Shown in pieces: positions 1 to 9,311 of a stretch of DNA of 10,001 nucleotides. This stretch comes from Azolla caroliniana. Its lineage: Eukaryota; Plantae; Polypodiophyta. The position numbers and the translations under genes are program-made. Location: contig JBHGNT010001307.1 in assembly GCA_043228905.1 (NCBI GenBank), positions 1-10,001 of the forward strand. Direction: 5' to 3'. Below the pieces are notes generated by a model. The model was not told where the DNA came from and did not search any database. It saw only the letters and a list, made by a program, of their open reading frames with translations. Positions within the stretch are counted from its first letter, which is position 1. Each line of letters starts with the position of its first letter.

Positions 1-252
1 ATGCATTCATTTGCAAACGTATGAAAACGAATGTTTGAGCAGACAAATGCATATATTACGTACTATGGTTTCAACAATTCATGAAAAGTGAAATGCCTTG
101 GACAATTTGTCAAACATGAAGATTTGCCAGACTATATTAAATTCTGCATTTGAGGACTTCAATGACTAAACAGTATTCCAAATATTTTTACCATGAAAAC
201 CATATTATGGTATAATAAGACTATGAAACTTGGATGTTATGAAGGATAACAG

Positions 253-480
253 TTTTTCTCAACATGGATGTTGTAACGATGATCTTCCATCAACATCACA
301 AGGAGTACCTCGTTGTACTTCTCAATGTATAACAAAATCTGATGTAGCATGTACACCTGTATATCAAACTGATATTGTAGAACTATCCGAGACTGCTAAT
401 GTGGTGGTGGTACATGACGCAGCTCAAATTCTTGCTCCACCATTAAAGAATATCAGACGCATGAGAACCATCTATTATGT
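253..480 (+). CDS. DME: DML exon ending in PPLKNIRRMRTIYYV (5' boundary uncertain)
   Basis: The frame is open from 227. Donor GT|GTAAGT at 481 (phase 2). Candidate acceptors include AG at 251-252, 243-244 and 379-380. Confidence 0.75.
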
Positions 481-1993
481 GTAAGTTATCTTCTTCATGC
501 ATTCTAAACTGTACGCTATGTTTCCTCATTTAGTTTAAATTATTTTGTTCATCAATGTTCATATGGAGTGTTGATTCAATCATGCATTTCCTCGCTTTGG
601 TTTTGTAGGTATGAGATACCTGATGATCATCGCCTTCTAAAATCAGTAAGGTCTGTAGTTTTTTTCATTATTCAACCAATTTGTATGAAAACCTTCTAAA
701 ACACACTCATACTAAATCACATGAAATAGGTGGATCCCCGAGAGAAGGATGATCCATGTTGTTATCTGCTAGCAATTTGGGGTCCAGGTAGTTCACAACT
801 TTGTATGTTAAATAGAAGACAAGCTTTCTCTTGATAGAGGTAATAGAATGCATTATGCTTCAAATCCATATAGAAGATTTCACCTTCATTCCACTGTACG
901 TAGGACTATGTTATGTATTTCACAAACAGAGCTTTTCAACACTGAGAAAACAGACTTAGAAGTGTAGATAGCATGTATTGTCAAAACCTTCCTAGACCTT
1001 GGCAAGGAATAATTTTAATGCATGCTCTCAGAGCCATATGGATTGCATGAATTAAACATCTTTAACAGTTATTATTATGCTTTACCAACTGTTAGATTGT
1101 GTTCTATAAGGCTCATTATTTTCACACAGGTGAAACTCTAGAGCCTCAGCAGGAAATTGATGAGCTCTGCAGGGATGAATTTGCTTACACCTGCAGCAGC
1201 TCATCTGGTGCTGATGAGACTGTTGCAGGGACCTTTCTAGTAAGAATATATTTTCGGTTTACTGCCTTATGTGTTAATAATCTAGAGGGCGAACAATAAA
1301 TTTGTATCATGTTTTAACTCTGTAGTGGTGACAGCGCACAAAACATTTCAAACTCAGGGAACTAAATGTTTATCGTGATGATAAATGACTAGTGCTTTTT
1401 GCCATAATATTATCTAGAATTGAGCCCAAAATATTTCACAAAGTTTTCTTGAAGACCAAACGCATTATACTAGCCCTTTCGAATGTTTTTAAGTGTTAAA
1501 CCTATTATACTAAAGACTATTAAAATGCAGTTCTGATGAATGATGAGAGTATTATTTACATATATTACTTGGATTTTATTATTTATTCATATAAACTGAT
1601 AGTCATACAGATTCCCTGCAGAACTGCAATGCATGGGAGCTTCCCCTTAAATGGAACTTACTTTCAGGTTAATGAGGTATTTAGAACTATACTAATGTTA
1701 CCTTCTCATGTTTTCTTTTTTCCATGAATTCTTTTTACATATTCGGGAACGTTTTTCAGGTATTTGCGGATTACGAAAGTAATCTACACCCCCTTCAAGT
1801 TCCTCGCTCTTTAATTTGGGGCTTACGTTGGAGATTTGTTTACTTTGGCACATCTTTGCCCAACATATTCAAAGGTGCTTATTAACTAAGTTTCATTTAT
1901 CAGTAAATAATTAATGGATTTAATATTTTTTTCCTTGTCATTTTCTTGTTTCAGGCTTCTCAACAAATGAAATTAAGGACTGCTTCTGGCGAG
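253..1993 (+). CDS. DME: DEMETER/ROS1-like (DML) 5-methylcytosine DNA glycosylase/lyase, 3' part. Spliced exons: ~253-480, 609-645, 730-787, 1130-1239, 1611-1676, 1760-1874, 1955-1993
   Basis: Manual splicing at GT-AG sites gives one open frame: ..AAQILAPPLKNIRRMRTIYYV|YEIPDDHRLLKS|VDPREKDDPCCYLLAIWGPG|ETLEPQQEIDELCRDEFAYTCSSSSGADETVAGTFL|IPCRTAMHGSFPLNGTYFQVNE|VFADYESNLHPLQVPRSLIWGLRWRFVYFGTSLPNIFKG|FSTNEIKDCFWRG. This matches the recalled DME/ROS1 C-terminal consensus (KLKNVSRLRTEHQVYELPD, DDPCPYLLAIW, IPCRTAMRGSFPLNGTYFQVNEVFAD, VYFGTS, CFWRG). The family call is secure. The specific paralog (DME vs ROS1 vs DML) cannot be resolved from this window. Confidence 0.95.
609..645 (+). CDS. DME: DML exon, 37 bp (YEIPDDHRLLKS)
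   Basis: Acceptor ttttgtag at 601-608 and donor GTAAGG at 646. Matches YELPDSHPLL. Confidence 0.93.
730..787 (+). CDS. DME: DML exon, 58 bp (VDPREKDDPCCYLLAIWGPG)
   Basis: AG at 728-729 and GT at 788. Matches DxREPDDPCPYLLAIWTPG. Confidence 0.95.
1130..1239 (+). CDS. DME: DML exon, 110 bp, degenerate permuted-CXXC region (GETLEP..LCRDEFAYTC..TVAGTFL)
   Basis: Acceptor cacacag ends at 1129 and donor GTAAGA is at 1240. The ends resemble GETANS..TVRGTLL. Confidence 0.9.
1611..1676 (+). CDS. DME: DML exon, 66 bp, RRM_DME (IPCRTAMHGSFPLNGTYFQVNE)
   Basis: Near-invariant DME-family motif, bounded by CAG (ending 1610) and GT (1677). Confidence 0.97.
1760..1874 (+). CDS. DME: DML exon, 115 bp, RRM_DME (VFADYES..VYFGTSLPNIFKG)
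   Basis: Acceptor tttttcag ends at 1759 and GT is at 1875. Matches VFADHDSS..PR..IW.L.RRTVYFGTS..IFKG. Confidence 0.96.
1955..1993 (+). CDS. DME: DML exon, 39 bp (GFSTNEIKDCFWRG)
   Basis: Polypyrimidine tract plus CAG ending at 1954, donor GTAAAC at 1994. Matches GLSTEGIQxCFWRG. Confidence 0.95.
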
Positions 1994-2587
1994 GTAAACC
2001 TCTCTCTTTCATTGTTTATGTTTCTTAAAGTGTGCTTCCTTTTCTTGCTACATACTTTACGTTTCTTCAAATATATATGCAAAGAAAGTCATGTTGTTAA
2101 AGTTCCATCTAGCTAGTAGAGATGGTCTATATCTAACATGAATGCCTGTGGTGAATGAGATGAATTATGTGCAGTGCAAAATCGTCATTTCATTGAATTT
2201 TCCTGATGTGACAAGGTATTTCATGCATAGAGAATTCTGATACCAGCTTAAAGATGAAAAATTCTAATGTTGAAAACCCGAACTGATTAATATATAGATT
2301 GGCAGAAAGATGAAAAACTCTTCAAAACACATCCTGATGATGTCTGATGTACTCTAAGAGGACATCGCCTTAAATTTGAACCATTTTTTTCCTCTGTTGT
2401 CCATGACTCTGTACCAAGCTATGTATAATTATGGTGAAAAAATGTTTAGAGTAATTACGTATTTGCAGTATTCAAAAACCATCTTAAAACCTTTAAAGGC
2501 AACATCCACAATCTACAAGATAAGATGTTTTTAATTAAATTTTGATGAAAACATTATGCTGAAAAGTCTATTTTGTTGCTTGTACAG

Positions 2588-2601
2588 GTTCCATAATCTA
2601 G
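2588..2601 (+). CDS. Candidate terminal DML exon (G-S-I-I-stop), followed by a probable 3' UTR
   Basis: Best-looking acceptor downstream of 1993 (ttttgttgcttgtacag, AG at 2586-2587). The phase-1 join reads GGT TCC ATA ATC TAG. No homology support. Confidence 0.35.
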
Positions 2602-3702
2602 ATGCATATGAATGTTCTGATATTAAAACAAAGTCGATCTCTTTTCAAATATAATTTGAAAGCACCACAGAAATTCCTCTGTATCCTGACCATTTGTAAC
2701 ATCGTACATGCACCATTACTAAACATATTTGTAAGTGAACCTTTCCACTTGTGACAAGTTTTTTTGAGGTTTAAACCTCTTTCACCTAGGCTCTTTACTA
2801 TGAGTTTTGTAACTTGATGTTTCTTGCACCCATTTATCATTATGAGCTTTCTAAGTTCAACCTCCTTGCAACCCAACCCCACTGCAAACAAATGCAACGG
2901 GATACATAATACTGTCTCAAGCTGCTTGTTACGAAATGGAACGACAAAATCTGTTTACAAAGCAAATTTTTTGCATCCACAATCTCTAGAAGTTGTTTAG
3001 AGCTGGATGTGACATTTCCAAGGTTGATAGATATTTCATTGATTCTTATGGCATGACTCTTGCAAGTATAGGATTTTTGGACCCATTTTTCCTGTATGAT
3101 CTCAGTATGGTTGAACCTACTTGTCACCAAATTTTCGATATAACCTTTTCTACGTTGAGGCTTCTTGTATTAATGTAAATTTCTGTAATGTAACCTTTGT
3201 AAGTTGGGGCTTTTATACTTAAAAAACAGAGAACGTTTACTTTGATACCAGTTTTCCAAGTTGAGGCTTCTCGTAACCTGTTCTCTGGTTCGAGCTTTCT
3301 AAGTTGGATGATATAAATGCGTGTACGCATTTCTTTTTGTCACTTCAAACATAAGAATATTCTGCAATAGAAGATGGATATGGAACAAACATCGCAAACT
3401 AGAAGCTCAAATGAAGAAACTGAGTATGAGACAAACGAAAAAAATTTAGTTTTTCAAACTAAATAGCTTTGGGACATCCGCATACTCTCAGAGAGACATA
3501 TTCTCATACATTCTTCATTAGGAAAAACATAAATTAGGTTAAACACACACAGAGAGAGAGACAGAGAGAGAGGAATTCATCCATTTAGTAAAACAGGGAC
3601 TCAAGAACAGAATGGAATGAGTGTGTCACATACCTTTTTTGAGCTCCTTTCTGTTGCATCTCGTTCGCGACGGGATGGAGCCGCTTTTCTCTGATTTGTC
3701 TC

Positions 3703-3728
3703 AGAGAGAGAGAGAGAGAGAGAGAGAG
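3703..3728. repeat. (AG)13 microsatellite
   Basis: Read directly from the sequence. Confidence 0.97.
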
Positions 3729-3809
3729 GAAAGAGAGGGAATTTTCAAAGGAGGTTGGGTTTTCCATAATTCGCCGAAATGCCCCCGCAGGACACTAAAC
3801 CAACCCCCA

Positions 3810-3830
3810 GAAGAAGAAGAAGAAGAAGAA
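3810..3830. repeat. (GAA)7 microsatellite
   Basis: Read directly from the sequence. Confidence 0.95.
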
Positions 3831-4066
3831 AGAGAGAAAAAGGGTACCCATGCCCATTGCTTGCTCGAATAGCTTTGCCCCATACATTATACATATAGAT
3901 GAATCATGAGCTCACCATATCAATCGGGCCTACACTATTGCCAGGGGCGTTTACCGAAATCAAGAAAATAAAAGAGCACCCGTCTCTCGAAGGCAATAAG
4001 ATCAAGTCGTGTCTCCAATTATGACTATACTCGAGGGGGTTGATCAGGCAACACTTACCCGATCAA

Positions 4067-4246
4067 TCCGCATAACTTTGGTAGCTTCTTTATTGACCTC
4101 ATTGAAAAATATATATTTTATTGCCAATTCTTTATTAACAAGGGAATTGTAATCAGCACATATTTGCACCCATCCATCAAGCTCCAACTCTTGCAAATAA
4201 CGCTAATTTCCGCATAACTTTGGCAATTGCTTTATTGGCTTCATTG
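4067..4246 (+). repeat. Dispersed 38-bp direct repeat (4067-4104 and 4209-4246)
   Basis: tccgcataactttggtagcttctttattgacctcattg vs tccgcataactttggcaattgctttattggcttcattg, 32/38 identical. Confidence 0.85.
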
Positions 4247-4418
4247 CTTTACTGCATAAAGAATTGCCCGAGGGTATATATGGAGTGGGATTTAGGATCG
4301 GAATCCCATTAATGGCGTAGCTTAACTAAATGATACTATAGAATGTCTTGTTCAAATCTCTTTGAAGTAGCATGACCCACTCTTCGTTGCATGACCTAGT
4401 TACATTTTCAATGTCCTA

Positions 4419-5090
4419 AATTGGTTTGATAAGGAATGCCAAGGAGTTTAAAGATACTTGATGAGTTGAAACATGACCAAAGGTAAGAGGAACCATCAAA
4501 AGTATTTACGTGCATAGAAAGACTTGTTCAAAAAAAAGCAAAAAATATCAAAAGAGAAGGAAAAACACATCTCTTTCATGCATGTTTTCCGTCTTTATTA
4601 TTGGGAGGACTTACAAAATGGGCACTCTCAATAGAAGAGATGTTCAAGGTATCGTAGATATGTTCAAATGGCTGGAAAAAGTGACATGTTTTAATCATAT
4701 TCTAGCATAACATGACACACGATTATAACGCAAATTGGTTCAAACATTTACATAAGGGGGACATAAGGGAATATATAAATAGTATAAACTACTATCACAC
4801 ATTCATGGATAATATAAGCAATATATACTTAAGTTATTTGGATATGTACTGGAAGCAAAGACATGTGTATGGACTAAAGAGAGCAAAAAACAGACGTGTA
4901 TAAGAAGGTTTTTGAAAGCATCATTGATCACCTTGTCACTCTTCAAATCATAGCCGAGGAAAATTGTTTGAAAGGTATAGGATTATATTGTTGCTTTGTA
5001 GACTTCATGAAAACTTTTGATATGGTGTCTCATGAACATCTTTAGACATATATGGGAAAACTCAACATACAGTGTGAATATCAATAGCCA
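4419..5090 (+). mobile_element. Degenerate non-LTR retrotransposon (LINE) remnant, pre-RT linker and N-terminal RT
   Basis: Motifs appear in the expected order across frameshifts: NWFDKEC (4419-4439), NANWFKHLHKGD..NYYHTFM, KLFGYVLEAK, and SIIDHLVTLQIIAEE..LYCCFVDFMKTFDMV (CCFVDF at 4989-5006, cf. FVDFxKAFDxV). Stops and frameshifts are present. Confidence 0.88.
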
Positions 5091-5646
5091 AACTTTGGGA
5101 GGAGGCAATGATGGATCCAAGGTGCAAGGGTTTGAACCATTTGAGATGCTTATGACACGAACAACCCAATATACTACATGGTCCACCATTCCAAATCTCT
5201 ATCTCAAAGAGGAGGTGTTGGTGAAGCAATCATTTGGGTTTTGAGCTACTTGATTAAAAAGGCAAGTTCTTGAGGGAATGGAAAGTTGTGCTTAGCTTCG
5301 GGTAGACAACAAAGGCTTAGTATGGGTGGGTGGATGGATGAATGGATTCCTCAATGGTGTTGGATTTAGATGTTTGTTGGTAGATATTGGTTGCTAGTGA
5401 TCCTTGTGTTGTGTTGCCAAAATTGAGGTCATGCATAGCGTAGAGGTCAATTGACTAGGTTCGATCAAGCAGAAGTTGAGTTATGGGTTTTAAGATTATC
5501 AATTTGGGTTTGTTGCACTTCTTTCAATGTTATAGATGTATCAAAGGAATGCGAGATGTTTCTATCTTAAACTAAATATGTTTGCATGATTTTCAAAGGA
5601 TTCAAGATGGAGTCGAGGAACACATCATATGTGAGACATCCATCAT

Positions 5647-5756
5647 TTTTGTTATCACGTGTTTTCTTAATTTATATCCATTAAGTCAATCTCAATACAT
5701 TTGTATTATCACATGTTTTCTTAATTTATAGCTATTTTAAGTCAATCTCAATACAT
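5647..5756 (+). repeat. Tandem duplication, two copies of ~55 bp
   Basis: ttatcac(g/a)tgttttcttaatttata...ttaagtcaatctcaatacat occurs twice back to back. Confidence 0.9.
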
Positions 5757-5982
5757 GTGATAGCCAATTTGAAGTTTGATGAAGATTGGTTGAGGAAGTT
5801 TGGAGAGAGTGAACAAGTATCAAACTCTAGTTTGATATCTCCTACACAAGGAAAACCTGCCCTATCCAATCAATGGTAGTTCATTGAGAATATGGAGAAC
5901 AATATTGAGAATATGAATTGCAAATATCTATAGAATATACTTTGACGTAGTGAAATAGATCAAGTAGGATATGTGTGTGTAT

Positions 5983-5983
<1 letters not shown>

Positions 5984-6037
<54 letters not shown>
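5984..6037. repeat. (AG)27 microsatellite
   Basis: Read directly from the sequence. Confidence 0.98.
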
Positions 6038-6041
<4 letters not shown>

Positions 6042-6139
6042 ATACACCAAAGACAATAATATTGAGCAAAACGAGGGAAGACCACAGTGTCGATGACAAA
6101 GCTACAATAATCGTTACATTTATACAAGAAAATATGCTT

Positions 6140-6691
6140 GTTTATATAGGTTGTGTGTGTAAGTACAAATAAAAGTTAGGATTAATCTAATAATGATAGG
6201 AGAGAATATTACATCTAAAGTATTCCCTTCACTGATGCAAAGCCATGTACCATTTATTAAGTTAATGATGGACTTTAACACATACTCATCCCCTTAGGAG
6301 GCTACGCTCACATACAAGCTATGGTTTGGCTTGTTGCCTCAACAACCCTCCTTTACGCTCAACCATGTACCCTAAAACAAATGATGAGGTTGGTTTTTCT
6401 TAACTCATGCTCCTATTAGAGTCTTATACTTCCCCTCAAGCTTGGTACATCATGTGGATATATGCCAAATGTATGATTTTGTTGGTGCCAAATATCTATC
6501 ATTTAGTGATTGGTGCAAGTCTGGCAAATTCAATATAAGGTTCTACATGTCAATATTGTAGGGAGCTTGCATGTCCTCATTCATGGCCTCTTCTTATCGG
6601 TCGTCATGACCTGCTTTTATGAAGCTTTTCAACTCAACCACATGTTCATCGTGAAGGCGTAATGTTGCACCATGTAATCATTATATTTGAA
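6140..6691 (-). mobile_element. Degenerate Ty1/copia LTR retrotransposon remnant (pre-RT segment, pol end/PPT, probable 3' LTR)
   Basis: The - strand reads FKYNDYMVQHYAF..VELKSFIKAGHDDR*EEAMNEDMQAPYNIDM*NLI (cf. copia EP.SF.EA...W..AM.EE..AL..N.TW.LV). It continues VPSLRGS with the PPT GAGGGGAAG (6437-6429). A TATA box CCTATATAAAC lies at 6150-6140. The far end of the LTR is not defined. Confidence 0.75.
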
Positions 6692-7071
6692 TTAGGTGAT
6701 ATGATACTTCTTTTAGGTTGAGCAAAATATTTGCTTCTTTAGGTGATCATAGACATATGTAGGGATGTCTTTCCTGCATATGTCTATGATATTGGTACAC
6801 TAAAGTTATGACTATCAAGAAATTTGAGCTTCCTAAGTTGTTGGCATGTCATTCCATGGTGTCCCATCAAAGCTATGTTGATTGTTCAAGGCTCTTGTTC
6901 AAGGGAGTGTGATTACGCAAATTCGGTCGATTGAGTAGCCAATGTGCTTTGTTCACATAGCGTTGATCAAGAGAATCGTCAATCATGACGTTCATTGGGT
7001 TGTGAAACTGGTCACATTGATCATGTTATGTATCATAATAGTCCATGTCCCCCCCAAATGAGTGGGTCATC

Positions 7072-7233
7072 ATGGAGATCCATGCCATGCTAAGCAAGCG
7101 AATTGACAAGGAGATGGATATGACCTTTCAAGTTCAAAAGTTCACATGCGAATGTTATGTGTAGATGACATCATTCTAGACTGATATGAGACTTAATGAT
7201 AAAACAAATGCTCAACAACTCCTTGGCATGAGA
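7072..7233 (+). mobile_element. Highly degraded copia RT fragments
   Basis: IDKEMDMT (cf. LDEEIYMT), MLCVDDIIL at 7152-7178 (cf. LYVDD) and AQQLLGMR (cf. A..ILGMRI) occur in the correct order but are compressed. Confidence 0.5.
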
Positions 7234-8190
7234 TCAAGTAGAGGTTATGGATTAAAATGTTATATAGGGATCACAATAGTTAGTGCGCCACGACAATTCA
7301 AAACAACATAAGTGACAAGAAATAGAGTTACATTTGCTAACACATCACGCTCGAGAGAAAGTTTTACCATGTAGAAACTAGTGGTTGTTTGTCACCTACT
7401 TACCATAACATTCATGTATGCAATAATAGGCTACATTTATATCAACAATGTTCATCTCAACAAATATGGTGTGGTCAAGTTTGTGTAATTTTCTTTTAAA
7501 GCATAGTTTTCAAATGCTAATGCACAAAGGATAAAATATATGCTTCAATGAAAAACATGCATTTCATCTTTCTTTCTTTTTTACATTTTTGGCATTTGGC
7601 ACTAAGAAATTTCCCAAGTGTTTAAGCGACTTGTAACAATCGGGCTCAAAGTTTAACCCCTATAAGTTCACCTTCATATAGGCCATCTATAGGTTGCCTA
7701 TAAATATGATGTATTGTCCTTCTCAACTACCTTTTAGAGATAATCCAAATCCCAAGAAGGTAACAAGGTCATGGAACTCAAGGACTACACGTGTCATTGA
7801 GATATCTTCTAACTCCTCAAACTCTAGTCATTATTATCTCATGTGACACAACTCTATCTCCCTATCTCTAAAGTCATTCTCCCTTGAAAGACGAGACACC
7901 GCTTAAGATAGAATCTCTTGTTTGGGCTTATAGGCCATTTTGGCCTCTTAAAAGACGTTTTAATATGTCATTCTTTCTTTCTTTCATCTCTCGAAGATCC
8001 CTCCCTCTCTCTAACGAGAACACCTAGAAGGTTGAGCTAATATGTATATGCCTTATTCAAATTTCGTACATTGAGGCATTGTGCTTCAAAGTATGAATAT
8101 CCTTTCTTAGGAAGGAGACACACATAAGGAATATAGGTCCCATGGATAAATATTGGCCTTTGTATGGACACAAAATTATCTAATCTAATC

Positions 8191-8293
<103 letters not shown>

Positions 8294-9285
8294 ATTTTCG
8301 ATCAAGAGAGAGCGATATTAGATAAACAATACTCTTCATTGAGGTATAGGACCAAAGTGGAGGATTATGACATGTTATATAGGTGGAGTTAATAATTAAC
8401 TCTCAATGTTCAAGATTTCTAGTAGTTAATTGCCATGCGTTGGGACTAAGCAAGATATTTGTGTTGGAATAGGTCATTGTTTGAAGATATGGAAAAGTAA
8501 ACTCAAATGGGATCCAAGGTGGAGGATTGCAACATGGTAGTCTTGCAAAAGAAATCCAAAGTAAAAGTATTCGCGGTCAATTAATCTCATCACCGGTGAC
8601 CCAATGCCCCATCTTGCATCAAAGAGAATGTGACTAAAACCATATGGAATTGTTGGTTTGGATGGTTGATAAAGGATGGGCTCTAACTTCTATGGGTGAT
8701 GTGCAATTCAATTTCAGAGAATAATCCGGGTTTTTTTAGCTTGGATCCAACATAAGGTAACAAGTGAAGCGTGAGCCTCTACATCTCTCTCAAGTTGTAA
8801 CATATTGGTTGTTATGAAACGAGTTAGGAATTGTGAAGCTAATGTAATGCACCCATCTTTGAAACCATTTCGTTGTATATTGCATCTATTGAAAATTTAA
8901 TATTTTGCTTTTACACGTCTTTCATATTTTTAACTTCTTTCCCATGAAATTCTAAGAAGTTAATTTGAGGCTTTTATACAATGTGAAAGTGAAAGTTTCA
9001 TTTGAGCGTGAGTGGGAGGGAGTCCATGGTAAAATTGGTGCATGAGAATTGGGCTCTTAACTAATGGTTCTCGATTTAGTACCATAATAAGTGCATAAGC
9101 TTGAAGTAAAATTGATTCAATAGTTTTCACAAATAAGCTATACAGGCACCTTGTCCACATAGGAATTGCTTTTATGTCGACCAAACTTGCAACACCTTTT
9201 ACGTATTATGAATGGAAGTATAGAGCACATACACTTAAAGGACTTTGAGCAATGGAGAGAGAGAAGAGGAGAAATGTATGATTTA

Positions 9286-9311
9286 AGAGAGAGAGAGAGA
9301 GAGAGAGAGAG
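9286..9311. repeat. (AG)13 microsatellite
   Basis: Read directly from the sequence. Confidence 0.97.

Larger units (their letters stand above)
3634..3900 (-). promoter_or_regulatory. Putative minus-strand core promoter and first (leader) exon
   Basis: On the - strand: TATA-like TATATGTATAA (3897-3887), then a Y-patch with (TTC)7 and (CT)13, local CpG enrichment, and a strong donor AAAG|GTATGT at 3634/3633. Confidence 0.5.

Noticed and set aside
2843-3010. Resemblance of gagctttctaagttcaa to the miR159/319 5' arm
   Set aside because: No matching mature miR159/319 sequence or complementary arm downstream.
2236-3250. tRNA-iMet PBS-like TGGTATCA(G/A)A on the - strand at ~2236-2245 and ~3240-3250
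   Set aside because: No adjacent LTR-terminal CA and no gag-like sequence follows.
3585-3883. ORFs 3585-3767(-), 3621-3872(+) and 3701-3883(-) as proteins
   Set aside because: They stay open mainly because of (AG)n/(GAA)n tracts (SLSLSL, ERERE, poly-E/S) and show no recognisable domain.
5100-5244. Possible gypsy chromodomain tail (TTW..PNLYLKEEVL)
   Set aside because: Similarity is too weak to support by eye.
4067-5756. CRISPR-like or other prokaryotic arrays
   Set aside because: Only two-copy repeats are present, in intron-containing eukaryotic DNA, with no repeat-spacer array.
5818-5837. 9-bp inverted repeat tatcaaact/agtttgata
   Set aside because: Too short and AT-rich, with a 2-nt loop and no supporting context.
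5975-6172. 65-aa RERERE ORF (also 9138-9350)
   Set aside because: Translation artefact of a microsatellite.
7630-8040. Possible solo LTR starting TGTAACA
   Set aside because: Could not identify a matching CA end, target-site duplication, PBS or PPT.
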